Positions 27,391-37,342 of a stretch of DNA of 64,000 nucleotides are shown here, in pieces. Both the position numbers and the translations under genes were made by a program. Within the stretch, counting starts at the first letter, position 1, and the number at the start of each line of letters is the position of its first letter. Under the pieces are notes generated by a model that saw only the letters and a list, made by a program, of their open reading frames with translations, was not told the origin of the DNA and did no database searches. Source of the DNA: a virus; IMG/VR virus record IMGVR_UViG_3300028535_000001; one strand, 5' to 3'.

Positions 27391-29426
27391 TAGCTAATCT
27401 CCACATATGTTGTTCCTGGTTGTAAAGTAAATCCGTATAAGTGATAATCTTCAGCAACGAATCCTGATGGCGCTGCTGTTTGTATTAAGCCAATTGTTCC
27501 ACCATCTGTAGTAGATACATCACTTAATAATCCAGCACTAGCACCAGTTTTAAATGTTGTTGGTTGTGTAACCGAATTCCTGACAGCAAACCAAAAAGCA
27601 CGAGGATTAGAATCACTATTGTTCACTGCTTGGACGGAAAAATCATGAGTCTGATTGGCTAGTTGATTTGCTGCTGAGTCGAAACCGGTTGACGTACTAT
27701 CATCTATTATATCTGTAAGTGTGGGAGGGGATCCTACACTTGTACTCCAAATCCAAAAACTTGGATATGAAAATGTAGCAGATACGTTTGAAGTTGTTGA
27801 TGATTGCGTGTCGGTGTACGATGAACCGGTTACGTTTACAGGTCTAGTGAAAGTCGTTGTGTTTGAAATTGTACGTGTTGTTCCAGTATTATTCTTATGT
27901 ATTGGATCAGTAAACGTAAAAGTTCCACTAACGTATCCACTTCCTGATGTGTTGTTCAAAGAACCTCCTGCTGATGTTAACAAATGTGAAGTATTACTAT
28001 TAGTTAAAATATTACTTACATTAGTAGAGTAAGAGGTACTTGAATATGTTTTTAAAAATGTTTCGCCTGAAACATTGCTTTTAGATAAACTATGAGAAGC
28101 TGTTCCCCAATTGAGTGAGAAACTAGTATCTGAAACTGTATATTCTGATTCAGAACCATCGTTATGATTAAATTTAATTGTAGCTCCTGCTGAACCACCA
28201 GTACGAGTAGTTGATGTTGATCTAATAAATGAACTTGAATTGTTTGTAGTGAAAGATTGATTCCAATCTACACCACCAGCTGGCGTTGATGAATAACTAC
28301 CTGCTGAATAATTACTTAAAGTACCGTTAACACTTCCACTTGTTTGAGTGATAGAGTAAACTGAACTTATAAAATCCGATGTAACGTCACTAGGGTTATC
28401 TACTGATACAGAAAATCCTGTAACTGGTTGATCCCATTTTGGAGAAGTTGGAGAACTACTTGCTGAAAAAGTTGGAGTAAATGTTGCTAAAGTTAATCTT
28501 AAAAGATCACTTGAAAATTCTGCTGTTCTAATTGTATTTGTTGTACTACCTTCTTTATAACCTGTAAGTGTTCTATAATCTCCTGAAGTTGTAAATACAA
28601 ATGGAGAACCTGTACCTGTACCTGCTGAACCAGTAAAACCAATTACACCTACTGATCCTGTAAATCCTGCTCCTACTGAACCAGTGAAACCAACAGCGCC
28701 GGCTGTTCCTGCGTCACCTTTTGATCCTGAATAACCTAAATCACCTTTTGAACCTGAAAATCCAACTGCACCTGTAGCTCCTGAATCTCCTTTTGATCCT
28801 GAATAACCTAAAGTTCCTTTTGAACCTGTAAAACCAACTGCACCAGCAGCTCCTGAATCTCCTTTTGATCCAGTATAACCACCACCTGGTCCTTGAGCAC
28901 CAACTGATCCTGTGAAACCTGCACCTGTTGATCCAGTAAAACCTAAACCTCCAGTATCTCCTTTTGAACCTGAAAATCCAACTACACCAGCAGCTCCTGT
29001 ATCTCCTTTTGAACCTGAAAATCCAATTGCACCTGTAGCTCCAATATCACCTTTTGAACCAGTGAAACCTGCACCTGTTGATCCTGTAAAACCAACGGCG
29101 CCATCCGAACCATCTGTACCATCAACACCTTTTGATCCTGTGTATCCTGCACCTACTGATCCAGTGAAACCTACTGTACCTAGATCGCCTTTTGATCCAG
29201 TATAACCAACAGCACCTGCTGATCCAGTGTAACCTGCACCTGCTGATCCTGTATAACCTAAACCTCCGACTGATCCTGAATATCCTTGTGAACCGGAATA
29301 ACCACCGGGTGAGCCTGCAACTCCAGCAGCTCCAGATGAACCTGTGAAACCTGCTGTACCCGCCGATCCAGTATAACCTATACGCCCTAGGCCTACTCTT
29401 ACTCCTGCGCCTTTAATTACTGGCAT
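27390..29426 (-). CDS. Collagen-like fibre protein C with a Ser/Thr-rich beta C-terminal region
   Basis: About 260 aa of G[FY][TS]GS repeats, then an S/T-rich domain. Confidence 0.85.
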   Translation of the reverse strand: MPVIKGAGVRVGLGRIGYTGSAGTAGFTGSSGAAGVAGSPGGYSGSQGYSGSVGGLGYTGSAGAGYTGSAGAVGYTGSKGDLGTVGFTGSVGAGYTGSKGVDGTDGSDGAVGFTGSTGAGFTGSKGDIGATGAIGFSGSKGDTGAAGVVGFSGSKGDTGGLGFTGSTGAGFTGSVGAQGPGGGYTGSKGDSGAAGAVGFTGSKGTLGYSGSKGDSGATGAVGFSGSKGDLGYSGSKGDAGTAGAVGFTGSVGAGFTGSVGVIGFTGSAGTGTGSPFVFTTSGDYRTLTGYKEGSTTNTIRTAEFSSDLLRLTLATFTPTFSASSSPTSPKWDQPVTGFSVSVDNPSDVTSDFISSVYSITQTSGSVNGTLSNYSAGSYSSTPAGGVDWNQSFTTNNSSSFIRSTSTTRTGGSAGATIKFNHNDGSESEYTVSDTSFSLNWGTASHSLSKSNVSGETFLKTYSSTSYSTNVSNILTNSNTSHLLTSAGGSLNNTSGSGYVSGTFTFTDPIHKNNTGTTRTISNTTTFTRPVNVTGSSYTDTQSSTTSNVSATFSYPSFWIWSTSVGSPPTLTDIIDDSTSTGFDSAANQLANQTHDFSVQAVNNSDSNPRAFWFAVRNSVTQPTTFKTGASAGLLSDVSTTDGGTIGLIQTAAPSGFVAEDYHLYGFTLQPGTTYVEIS

Positions 29427-29463
29427 GTCTTAATTCTTATCCCCCTCATGTTAAGTCCAAGCA

Positions 29464-29492
29464 TTGACTTTTTTTTGTAACTCTGTTATAGT
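29464..29492 (+). promoter_or_regulatory. Sigma70-type promoter for the glycosyltransferase arm
   Basis: TTGACT-N17-TATAGT with TG extension. Confidence 0.65.
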
Positions 29493-29493
29493 A

Positions 29494-29505
29494 TATTTAT
29501 AAATA
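29494..29505. promoter_or_regulatory. Palindromic bidirectional late promoter
   Basis: TATTTATAAATA contains TATAAATA on both strands, between divergent fibre and GT genes. Confidence 0.75.
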
Positions 29506-29543
29506 ATCTGTAGTGAATTGATACTCAAAATGAAAAATTATAA

Positions 29544-31604
29544 ATGATTTCTATCGCATTTTTAGATATAATTGGTCTTCCCTATGATGGAGACACTTTA
29601 AAGAAACGTGGCCTTGGAGGTTCCGAGTCTGCGACTATCTTAATGGCTAGAGAACTAGCCAAATTCGGTTTCAAAGTTACTATATTTAATAACTGTTTAA
29701 GTGATCCTAATCTTGCAAAAGAAGGTATTTATGATGGTGTACAATATTTAGATAATTCAATTTTTGATTATAAAAGTGATTTTAGTTTTGATGTTGTTAT
29801 ATCTTTAAGAACAATCGTTCCATTTTTACCAAGTACTTTATACAACCAATTCAAACAATTCAATCCTAGAAGGTATTCTGCAATAGTTCAAAATGCAAAA
29901 TGGAAAGTAATGTGGATGCATGATACATTTGCAACCGGAGATCACTTATTAGAAAGCTTACTTGTAAATGAACATATAAATGAAATATTTACTTTGTCTG
30001 ATTTCCATTCAACTTATGTTTTAAATTGTGACCATGGTAAAAGAAGAAACATGGAAGTATTAAAACATAAATTTTTTCAAACTAGAAATGGAATAGTAAC
30101 CTATAGAAATGATATTGATATAAGAAAAAAGGATCCTCACTTATATGTTTTCAATGCAGCTTACACAAAAGGTATGAAACCTTTAGTTGTGGATATATGG
30201 CCAAAAATAAAAGCAAAAATACCTGAAGCTAAATTAATATGTATTGGTGGTTTTTATACATTTAAGGGTGGACAAATGGATGCTCAAGGAAAAGAATGGA
30301 CTATATTGAAAAACAATCCTCTTTATAAAAAATTAAGTGTAACATTTACAGGCGTTATTAGACAAGATGAAATAGCAAATATATTGGCCATGGCAAGTTA
30401 TAAATTATTTCCAGGTGCCTTTCCTGAAACATTTGGTATATCATCTTTAGAAGCAATAGCATATAATACACCTATCATTGGTACACGTTTTGGTGCTTTA
30501 GAAGAAACAGCAGTTAGTGAAGCTTGTTATTTAATAGATTATGCAATAGAACCTAATAGTTTATTTCCATCTATTCCTAAAGTAAACCAAATAAATAGAT
30601 TTGTCACCACTGTAATAAAGGCTCATCACAATAGATATTTACACCAACAAAAACAATATGCTTGTAATCAAATTAAAGGTTGTGTTGGTTGGGATACGGT
30701 TGCCTTACAATGGAAACAACATTTATTTAAAAAATTAGGCCATTACTTATCAAAAGAAGATTATAGAAAAGTAAGTCACATTAATTCTAGAGTCAGAAAA
30801 GTATTTGGTAGAAGAATTACAAATTTAGAAGAAAACTATTTACCAAGAAAACCAGAACAAAAGATAGTTATAATAACGCCTACTTATAACTCTGATAAAT
30901 ATATTGATAGATGTATTAAGTCAGTTATTTCACAAGACTATGATAATTATGAAATGATTATAATTGATGACGCTTCTACGGATAATACACATTACATTGC
31001 CCAAAAATATGAAAGTGATAAGATAAAAATTATTAGAAATGAAGTTAATAAAGGAGCTGTTTGTAACCAAATAGAAACTATAAGAATATATCGCCAGTTT
31101 GAAAAGAAGTACAAAGGTAGAAATGCCAAAGATGATATAGTAATGTTTTTAGATGGTGATGACTCTTTTATAAATGATAATCAAATATTACAATATTATA
31201 ATAACCTTTATGACGGCACTACAGAATTTTCATATGGATCATGTTGGTCAGAGGTAGACAAAATACCTTTAGTAGCACAAAACTATCCAGAGGAAGTTAA
31301 ACAAAAAAGAGAATATAGAAAATATAAATTTAATTGGAATATGCCATACACCCATTTAAGAACATTTAAAGCAGGTCTTTTAGATGACGTAGATGATAGT
31401 AATTTCCAAGATGAAAATAAAAAATGGTACAGAGCCGGCGGTGATGGTTCTATATTTTATACTCTAATTGAGAAAGCTGATCCCGCTAAAATTAAAGTTG
31501 TAACAGATATAGTATATTCTTATAATGATATTAATCCTTTAAATGATTATAAAATTAACAGTGACGAACAAACAAAAAATGCAAATAGGATACTTACCCA
31601 ATGA
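29544..31604 (+). CDS. Bifunctional glycosyltransferase (GT-B/GT4-like + GT-A/GT2)
   Basis: N-terminal GLGGSE and ETFGISSLEA; C-terminal TPTYN, IIDDASTD, FLDGDD. Confidence 0.92.
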   Translation: MISIAFLDIIGLPYDGDTLKKRGLGGSESATILMARELAKFGFKVTIFNNCLSDPNLAKEGIYDGVQYLDNSIFDYKSDFSFDVVISLRTIVPFLPSTLYNQFKQFNPRRYSAIVQNAKWKVMWMHDTFATGDHLLESLLVNEHINEIFTLSDFHSTYVLNCDHGKRRNMEVLKHKFFQTRNGIVTYRNDIDIRKKDPHLYVFNAAYTKGMKPLVVDIWPKIKAKIPEAKLICIGGFYTFKGGQMDAQGKEWTILKNNPLYKKLSVTFTGVIRQDEIANILAMASYKLFPGAFPETFGISSLEAIAYNTPIIGTRFGALEETAVSEACYLIDYAIEPNSLFPSIPKVNQINRFVTTVIKAHHNRYLHQQKQYACNQIKGCVGWDTVALQWKQHLFKKLGHYLSKEDYRKVSHINSRVRKVFGRRITNLEENYLPRKPEQKIVIITPTYNSDKYIDRCIKSVISQDYDNYEMIIIDDASTDNTHYIAQKYESDKIKIIRNEVNKGAVCNQIETIRIYRQFEKKYKGRNAKDDIVMFLDGDDSFINDNQILQYYNNLYDGTTEFSYGSCWSEVDKIPLVAQNYPEEVKQKREYRKYKFNWNMPYTHLRTFKAGLLDDVDDSNFQDENKKWYRAGGDGSIFYTLIEKADPAKIKVVTDIVYSYNDINPLNDYKINSDEQTKNANRILTQ

Positions 31605-33034
31605 AAATAAAAAAAATATTAATAGCCATACCAACAAACAAGTACATAGAACCAACAACATACAAATCAATATATGATCTTATTATTCCACAAGGATATA
31701 AAGTTGAATTTCAATTTTTCTTTGGATATCAAATAGATCAAATAAGAAATTTAATAGCACATTGGGCAACCCACTACGATTATTTATTTTCTGTAGACAG
31801 TGATATATCTTTTGAAAAAGATACGTTAGTTAAACTGTTATCACATGATAAAGATATTGTTTCAGGTCTTTATATTCAAAGAATACCAGGAACTCACTCT
31901 TTAGAAATTTATGAGGCTAAAGAAAATGGTGGTTCTAAACGTATTCCTTGGGAAAGAATTAAAAATCTTCCTTTGGTAGAGATAGTGGCCTGTGGTATGG
32001 GCTGTGCTCTAATTAAAGGTCATGTATTAAGAAAAGTTGGTTATCCTTATTACACATATCATTCTGCATTAGATCATAAAAATACAGTATCCGAAGATGT
32101 TGATTTTTGTAGAAAGGTACAGTTAAATGGTTTTAAAATTTTTGCTGATACTACAATACGTTGTGAACACACAGGAGCAAGTACATATAAAGTAGGAGAA
32201 ATCCAAAACAACAAACCATTGATTGAGGAAGAGGTACGAGCACCTATTCAAATAGGAGGAGTTCCAAAAGCTACAGCTGTACCTGCACCTGTACAAAAAA
32301 CATTGCACCCAAAAACTGCCAATCTTTCCAAGCCTTTGGCTAGATATGATGATAGTACATCTAAAAAAATAAAAAGAACTTATCCAGGTATTGATCCTAA
32401 AACTGGTAAATATGCATTAGAAGTAAATGAAGGAGAGAAATTTACAGGCGATAGTGTAGAGTATACTTCATTAGCAGAAGCAGTACAAAGTTTAAAAAAT
32501 CCTATTGGTGCTAGTGTAGAACTTGGCGTTAGATTAGGATTAGGTAGTAAAACTATTATAGACGCATATAGAAATTTTCATCCTAACATTAGATTAAATC
32601 ATTTAGGTATAGACCCATATGGTGATATTGACTATGCAGCTTCTGATAGTGTATTGGCAAGAAAGTTTAACTATGATAACTTAATGAAAAAGACAACATT
32701 AATAAACTTTGCTGAAGAATATCCAGAATTTCATCTAGTTAATTTTGAAGATACAGAATTTTTTAATAGATTTAGTGATGGTTATCCTGTTTATGAAGAA
32801 AAGAAACATATGATAACTCATTATGAACTTGTTCACTTTGACGGTCCACATGATACTAAAAGTGTTATGAGAGAAGCCGTTTTCTTCAATCAAAAAAAAG
32901 CAGATCAAACATTTTGGATATTTGATGATATTTCAGGTTTAAGATGGAGTGTTTTAAATGGCTTTATGGGAAAAGCAGGATTTAAACTTGTTAATAAAGG
33001 ATTGAATAAAGCTGTATACGAATATAATATTTAA
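31601..33034 (+). CDS. GT2-like glycosyltransferase fused to a class I methyltransferase
   Basis: FSVDSDI, GMGCALIK, SEDVDFC; C-terminal ELGVRLGLGS, GIDPY, HFDGPH. Confidence 0.85.
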   Translation: MKIKKILIAIPTNKYIEPTTYKSIYDLIIPQGYKVEFQFFFGYQIDQIRNLIAHWATHYDYLFSVDSDISFEKDTLVKLLSHDKDIVSGLYIQRIPGTHSLEIYEAKENGGSKRIPWERIKNLPLVEIVACGMGCALIKGHVLRKVGYPYYTYHSALDHKNTVSEDVDFCRKVQLNGFKIFADTTIRCEHTGASTYKVGEIQNNKPLIEEEVRAPIQIGGVPKATAVPAPVQKTLHPKTANLSKPLARYDDSTSKKIKRTYPGIDPKTGKYALEVNEGEKFTGDSVEYTSLAEAVQSLKNPIGASVELGVRLGLGSKTIIDAYRNFHPNIRLNHLGIDPYGDIDYAASDSVLARKFNYDNLMKKTTLINFAEEYPEFHLVNFEDTEFFNRFSDGYPVYEEKKHMITHYELVHFDGPHDTKSVMREAVFFNQKKADQTFWIFDDISGLRWSVLNGFMGKAGFKLVNKGLNKAVYEYNI

Positions 33035-33372
33035 AAAGCTTTTACTACAGACGGAGTCACAACAGCAATACCCTCTAATAAACGAGTAACCGTACTATCA
33101 GCGTGAGTAGCGACAACGTCAAATACCCAACGGCCTGGTGATAATGCTTTTGTTTGATCGGCAGTTAAACTTACAGTTACCACACCTTCTGTTGGATTAT
33201 CAACAGTACATGAAAATATTGTCCGAGGATACGTTGTTGCATATCCCTTAGCCAACTTACCCACCATTGTGAAACCAGTAAGATCGTAATCTGTACCGTC
33301 AGCATTAGTGACTTCTAGGTCGTAAGTAAAATTAGAGCCTTGATCTATTGTTAAATTTGCTATTCCTGCCAT
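33031..33372 (-). CDS. Small virion structural / adaptor protein (BppU-like Ig fold)
   Basis: NLTIDQG..F, DLTG, G.V.VSLTA.QT..L..GRWVFDV, R.LEG...VTP; TATAAATA-N5-ATG. Confidence 0.8.
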   Translation of the reverse strand: MAGIANLTIDQGSNFTYDLEVTNADGTDYDLTGFTMVGKLAKGYATTYPRTIFSCTVDNPTEGVVTVSLTADQTKALSPGRWVFDVVATHADSTVTRLLEGIAVVTPSVVKAF

Positions 33373-33396
33373 ACCATTATTTATAATGGAAATTTG

Positions 33397-34749
33397 TTAA
33401 GATTGTATGTGTAATTCGTTTTTCTTTTTAGGGTGTTCAAATCCAATTGATCTTCTATCTTCATTAAGTTTATCAGATTTATATCTTTCAATTTTTTCAA
33501 GACAATGTTCTTGGAATTGGTAACCTAGTTCAACTCCTAATTCATAAAGTTTTATAAATCTTTCAAATCTTATATCAAAATTAGAGTTTTTATTCTTCCA
33601 TTTAAAACCAAACTCACTATCAAATAACTCTCTATGTTCAAAATCTAATGGAGTATTTTTAAAAGTCATCATCACGTGGTGAGATATACTTATTAAATGT
33701 GAATACTTTTTATAATCTCTCAAAAGTTGTAGAGTATCTTCAAACATTTTTTCCGTTTCCGTAGGATATCCGACAATAAGTAAAAACTTCATAGTAATAT
33801 TCCGTTTTCCAAGGTTGTCAACAAAGTATTTTATATCTTCGTTTGTAAATTTTTTTCTCATATGATTTCTAACTTCTTCATTACCTGCCTCTAAACCCAT
33901 TTCTAAACCATTGCAACCAGAGTTTTTTAAATTATTAAAGTCTTCTTGTGAAAAAGTTTTGGCGGATCTAACAATGAACTGTGCCTCCCATTTTATTTTT
34001 TTAGGTCTACTTGATAACTCAGCACATAAGTCCCTAAAGTGTTTCATTGATCCATTAATTAATGAATCTGAAAAATGTATTTTTTTTGTGCCTGTTTGTT
34101 CAGAAACATGGTGCATTTCATCAGCGATTTTCTTACCTGTCTTCCATCTAAATTTAGGCCATATACTTGCAACATCACAAAAGGTACAGTTACGAACACA
34201 ACCTCTTGATCCTGATATTACAAATTTCCTATAATTTTGATGTTGTATTACGTCTGAATAATCTGGTGGTGGTAAGTCTTCTATGTTTTCAATTTGTACT
34301 GGTTTTTTTCCATTGATACCAGGATAATCAAAGTTGCCATTTAAAAATTCTCGTAAGGCATACTCTCCTTCTCCTGTTATATAATATTTTGTAGGCCAAT
34401 CTATATCAACTCCTGATCCACCATAAAATGCATTTTCAAATTTTTTACCTAACTTTAGGCCATCTTCTTTTTGCATAAAAGAAAATACTGATATACCTAA
34501 CCATCTAAAATTGTATTTGTTTATTTCTTTTTCAATGTTGTCTAGTGTATCATACATATGACCATCAATAACTTTAATTTTAAATCCTAATGGTTCTAGA
34601 TACCCTTTTAAAAAAGATGGACCAGGTGCCGGTTTAGATTTATCCATTCCTGGTAGTGACGTTATAACAGCGTCATATAATATATTTTCTTTAATAACTT
34701 CTCCTGCTCTAGGCCATCTTTCTTCAGCCGTAGGAAATCTATCAATCAC
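33397..34749 (-). CDS. B12-binding-domain-like radical SAM protein
   Basis: SRGCVRNCTFC, FSDSLING, GLEAG, IVGYPTET; N-terminal GISVFS, GG, GEGE; probable GTG start at 34749. Confidence 0.88.
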   Translation of the reverse strand: MIDRFPTAEERWPRAGEVIKENILYDAVITSLPGMDKSKPAPGPSFLKGYLEPLGFKIKVIDGHMYDTLDNIEKEINKYNFRWLGISVFSFMQKEDGLKLGKKFENAFYGGSGVDIDWPTKYYITGEGEYALREFLNGNFDYPGINGKKPVQIENIEDLPPPDYSDVIQHQNYRKFVISGSRGCVRNCTFCDVASIWPKFRWKTGKKIADEMHHVSEQTGTKKIHFSDSLINGSMKHFRDLCAELSSRPKKIKWEAQFIVRSAKTFSQEDFNNLKNSGCNGLEMGLEAGNEEVRNHMRKKFTNEDIKYFVDNLGKRNITMKFLLIVGYPTETEKMFEDTLQLLRDYKKYSHLISISHHVMMTFKNTPLDFEHRELFDSEFGFKWKNKNSNFDIRFERFIKLYELGVELGYQFQEHCLEKIERYKSDKLNEDRRSIGFEHPKKKNELHIQS

Positions 34750-35203
34750 TTGGCAATGCTCCAACTATATGTGTTCTTAAACAATCTTTAGAACAATTTA
34801 ATGCTGTATGAAATTTTGTTGTATCAACAACATATGCCTCTCCTGTGGCTGGCAAATGTATTCTTTCATTATCAACTAATAAAAAACAATGTTCATGTGT
34901 GTTTACTGGTATGTGTAATCTTTTTGTTAAGTCAGCATGCCAAAGATAACATGCTTTAGGTTTCATTTTCATTATCCTTGTTCGTAATAGATTATGGTCA
35001 TCCATGATAGCGTTGATATAAGGGAGATCAAATAGTGGAACATTATACAAATGTTCAGCATTATCTATTTCATATCCTTTACCAGCGCCTGCTTGAGGAT
35101 CCATATCCTTGGAATCACCTTGTAAATATATTTGTTTACCATACTCTGGTAAACTTTCTACTTCTTTTTTAATTCTTTCTAAATCGTATTGATAAGTTTT
35201 CAT
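34742..35203 (-). CDS. Aspartyl/asparaginyl beta-hydroxylase-like 2OG-Fe(II) oxygenase
   Basis: R.RIM.M.P...Y.WHAD...RLHIP..T, DTTKFHTALN, R.HIV. Confidence 0.85.
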   Translation of the reverse strand: MKTYQYDLERIKKEVESLPEYGKQIYLQGDSKDMDPQAGAGKGYEIDNAEHLYNVPLFDLPYINAIMDDHNLLRTRIMKMKPKACYLWHADLTKRLHIPVNTHEHCFLLVDNERIHLPATGEAYVVDTTKFHTALNCSKDCLRTHIVGALPSD

Positions 35204-35358
35204 GCTTTACTTATAACTAATTTATCTTTAGCTGCTAGTTTTAATTTTTTTAAGGTTCTTATATCCGCCCAACTTTTTGGACCTCTTCTGATTTTTCGTT
35301 TCACTTCGGCTTCATTAACTTGTTTTTTTAACTCTTTATGTTTTTCTTTTACCGTCAT
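35200..35358 (-). CDS. Small basic coiled-coil protein (DUF465/YdcH-like)
   Basis: Manual: MTVKEKHKELKKQVNEAE...DIRTLKKLKLAAKDKL; GGAGG SD. Confidence 0.65.
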   Translation of the reverse strand: MTVKEKHKELKKQVNEAEVKRKIRRGPKSWADIRTLKKLKLAAKDKLVISKA

Positions 35359-35381
35359 TTGGCCTCCATTCTCTATACAAG

Positions 35382-35402
35382 TATTTATACGCCTTATAAA
35401 TA
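35382..35402. promoter_or_regulatory. Back-to-back late promoters
   Basis: TATAAATA on minus (35382-89) and on plus (35395-402) at the divergence point; also TTGCCA-N17-TAATAT (35411-35439) on plus. Confidence 0.72.
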
Positions 35403-35444
35403 TGACCAGGTTGCCAAAAATAGAAAAAAATGTTAATATAATAT

Positions 35445-36320
35445 ATGACCAGATTAAATATAATTGTCACAAGTAAACCTGGAGATGGACTATTACACTA
35501 TAGTTATGAACAATGTAGCTATTTAAAAAAACTAGGAATTGACGCAAGAGTTGTGGTAATACCACACCCAAAATATTCAGAAGAATCTTATATAACTGCA
35601 ATGTCAGAAAAGTATATAAATTATGAACCTATGTATTTTGATTATGAAGAAAATGAAAAAGAAGTCAATTTAATTATGGGTAGAAGTATGATAACTCTAG
35701 CATATAGGAGTATTAAAGATTACGATAAAGATACACAATTGACTTTACGTTTATTATTTAAACTACCTCTTATATCTGTTTATTCAGAAAACCACCCAAA
35801 AGATTATCCATTAGCATTAGAATTTTTTAAACCTAAAAAAATAATTGACTTATGCGATCACGAAGTTTATACCAATGGTGTAGGTAGACAATTTGAAAAA
35901 ATTATTAACTATAGTGTATATAAACCTATAGTAAAAGATGTCAAGTTTAAATATCTATTTTTAGGCACAAATGAAAGTTATTATACTGAAATAAAAAAAC
36001 ATATTCATAAGTATCAAAATCATGGTATCCTGGCATACAAAGATAAGTACATTGATTATAATTTAAATCACGTATTTGTACCTGTAAAAAATTTATTAGG
36101 TATGTTTGATACTTACGTTTATACTAAACATACTTTTGATCCGGCACCAAGATTAATGCAAGAGTGTCGTTTCTTTGGAATGAATTTTATATATGCAAGA
36201 GATAAAAATATTAAAGACGGAGGACCTGTTTACTATAAAAGGCCTGCTAACTGTCTTACTGATCCTGTTAATAAACCAAATATAGAAGTAATTATAAAGG
36301 CAATGAATGACCTATTTTAA
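35445..36320 (+). CDS. Putative GT-B-like glycosyltransferase
   Basis: C-terminal FDTYVY....DPAPRLMQECRFFG resembles the GT4 sugar-nucleotide-binding motif. Confidence 0.5.
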   Translation: MTRLNIIVTSKPGDGLLHYSYEQCSYLKKLGIDARVVVIPHPKYSEESYITAMSEKYINYEPMYFDYEENEKEVNLIMGRSMITLAYRSIKDYDKDTQLTLRLLFKLPLISVYSENHPKDYPLALEFFKPKKIIDLCDHEVYTNGVGRQFEKIINYSVYKPIVKDVKFKYLFLGTNESYYTEIKKHIHKYQNHGILAYKDKYIDYNLNHVFVPVKNLLGMFDTYVYTKHTFDPAPRLMQECRFFGMNFIYARDKNIKDGGPVYYKRPANCLTDPVNKPNIEVIIKAMNDLF

Positions 36321-36972
36321 AACTAGAACAACAATAAATGTAGACTCTTCTCATAGATGTCCTTTAGAATGTCCTAATTGCCAAAGACAAACTGCTTTTA
36401 CATTTAGAGGTAAAGTGGTTCATGGCCGTGATTTAAAAATGGATGAAATAGAAAAATTAGCAAAACATTTTAAGTCTTTTGATTTCTGTGGACAATTATC
36501 TGATCCAATACATCACCCTAAATTTCCTACAATATTAAATAGATTACATGAACTTGAAATACCGGAAGTTTTAGTACACAATGCCTCTACAGCAAAACCT
36601 ATGGCATGGTACATTAAATCTTGGAAAGCAAATCCAAATGCTTTGTGGACTTTTGCGTGTGACGGTTTACCTAAAGATAGTCACAAGTATAGGAAAAATC
36701 AAAACGGGGAAAAAATGTTTGAAATAATGAAAGAGTCAATTAAACATTTAAATACAATACCAATATGGCAGTTTATAATATTTAATTATAATGAAAATGA
36801 TATAGAAGAAGCTAAGATTATGGCTAATAGTAATGGAATAGATTTTCTGTTAACACAATCTTCCAGATGGAAAGATAGAGACGGAAAACCAGACCCATTG
36901 TTACCAACAGGAAAATATAAACCAGTATTAAAAAATAAATTACCAGGCAGGAGATTATATGAAGAATATTAA
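36307..36972 (+). CDS. Radical SAM protein without SPASM (copy 2)
   Basis: HRCPLECPNCQRQ, FCGQLSDP, DGLPKDSHKYR. Confidence 0.88.
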   Translation: MTYFKTRTTINVDSSHRCPLECPNCQRQTAFTFRGKVVHGRDLKMDEIEKLAKHFKSFDFCGQLSDPIHHPKFPTILNRLHELEIPEVLVHNASTAKPMAWYIKSWKANPNALWTFACDGLPKDSHKYRKNQNGEKMFEIMKESIKHLNTIPIWQFIIFNYNENDIEEAKIMANSNGIDFLLTQSSRWKDRDGKPDPLLPTGKYKPVLKNKLPGRRLYEEY

Positions 36973-37342
36973 ATTGAGACCTCGCTGTCTTCCTAATCCA
37001 GATGATCCAAATTATATAGAAATGCCTGTAGCAATAAACAATAGAGGTTATTTGTTACCTTGTTGTTGGTGTGATGAAAGAGTTGTGACTAATAGTGAAA
37101 AGTTTAAAAAAATATATGACGTAAGTAAACTTGAAAACTTTGATACAGTTAAACAATTGATGGATCAACCAGAATGGAAAGAATTTGAAAATGATTTAAT
37201 CAGAGCTAGAGACGTAGGAGATAATCTAGAAAAAATAAATGGTGTCTGTATTCATCACTGTAAAACAAGAGAAGAAGCAGATAAGATAAAAGTAGAAACA
37301 ACATTTAGAGACGGAAAAGAATTAAAGAAAGAAACGAAATAA
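36959..37342 (+). CDS. Stand-alone SPASM/twitch-like protein (copy 2)
   Basis: PRC...AINNRGYLLPCCWCD ... CIHHC. Confidence 0.8.
   Translation: MKNIKLRPRCLPNPDDPNYIEMPVAINNRGYLLPCCWCDERVVTNSEKFKKIYDVSKLENFDTVKQLMDQPEWKEFENDLIRARDVGDNLEKINGVCIHHCKTREEADKIKVETTFRDGKELKKETK

Noticed and set aside
23226-29426. Diversity-generating retroelement acting on fibre genes
   Set aside because: No reverse transcriptase in the window, and the shared segments do not look like an adenine-specific TR/VR pair.
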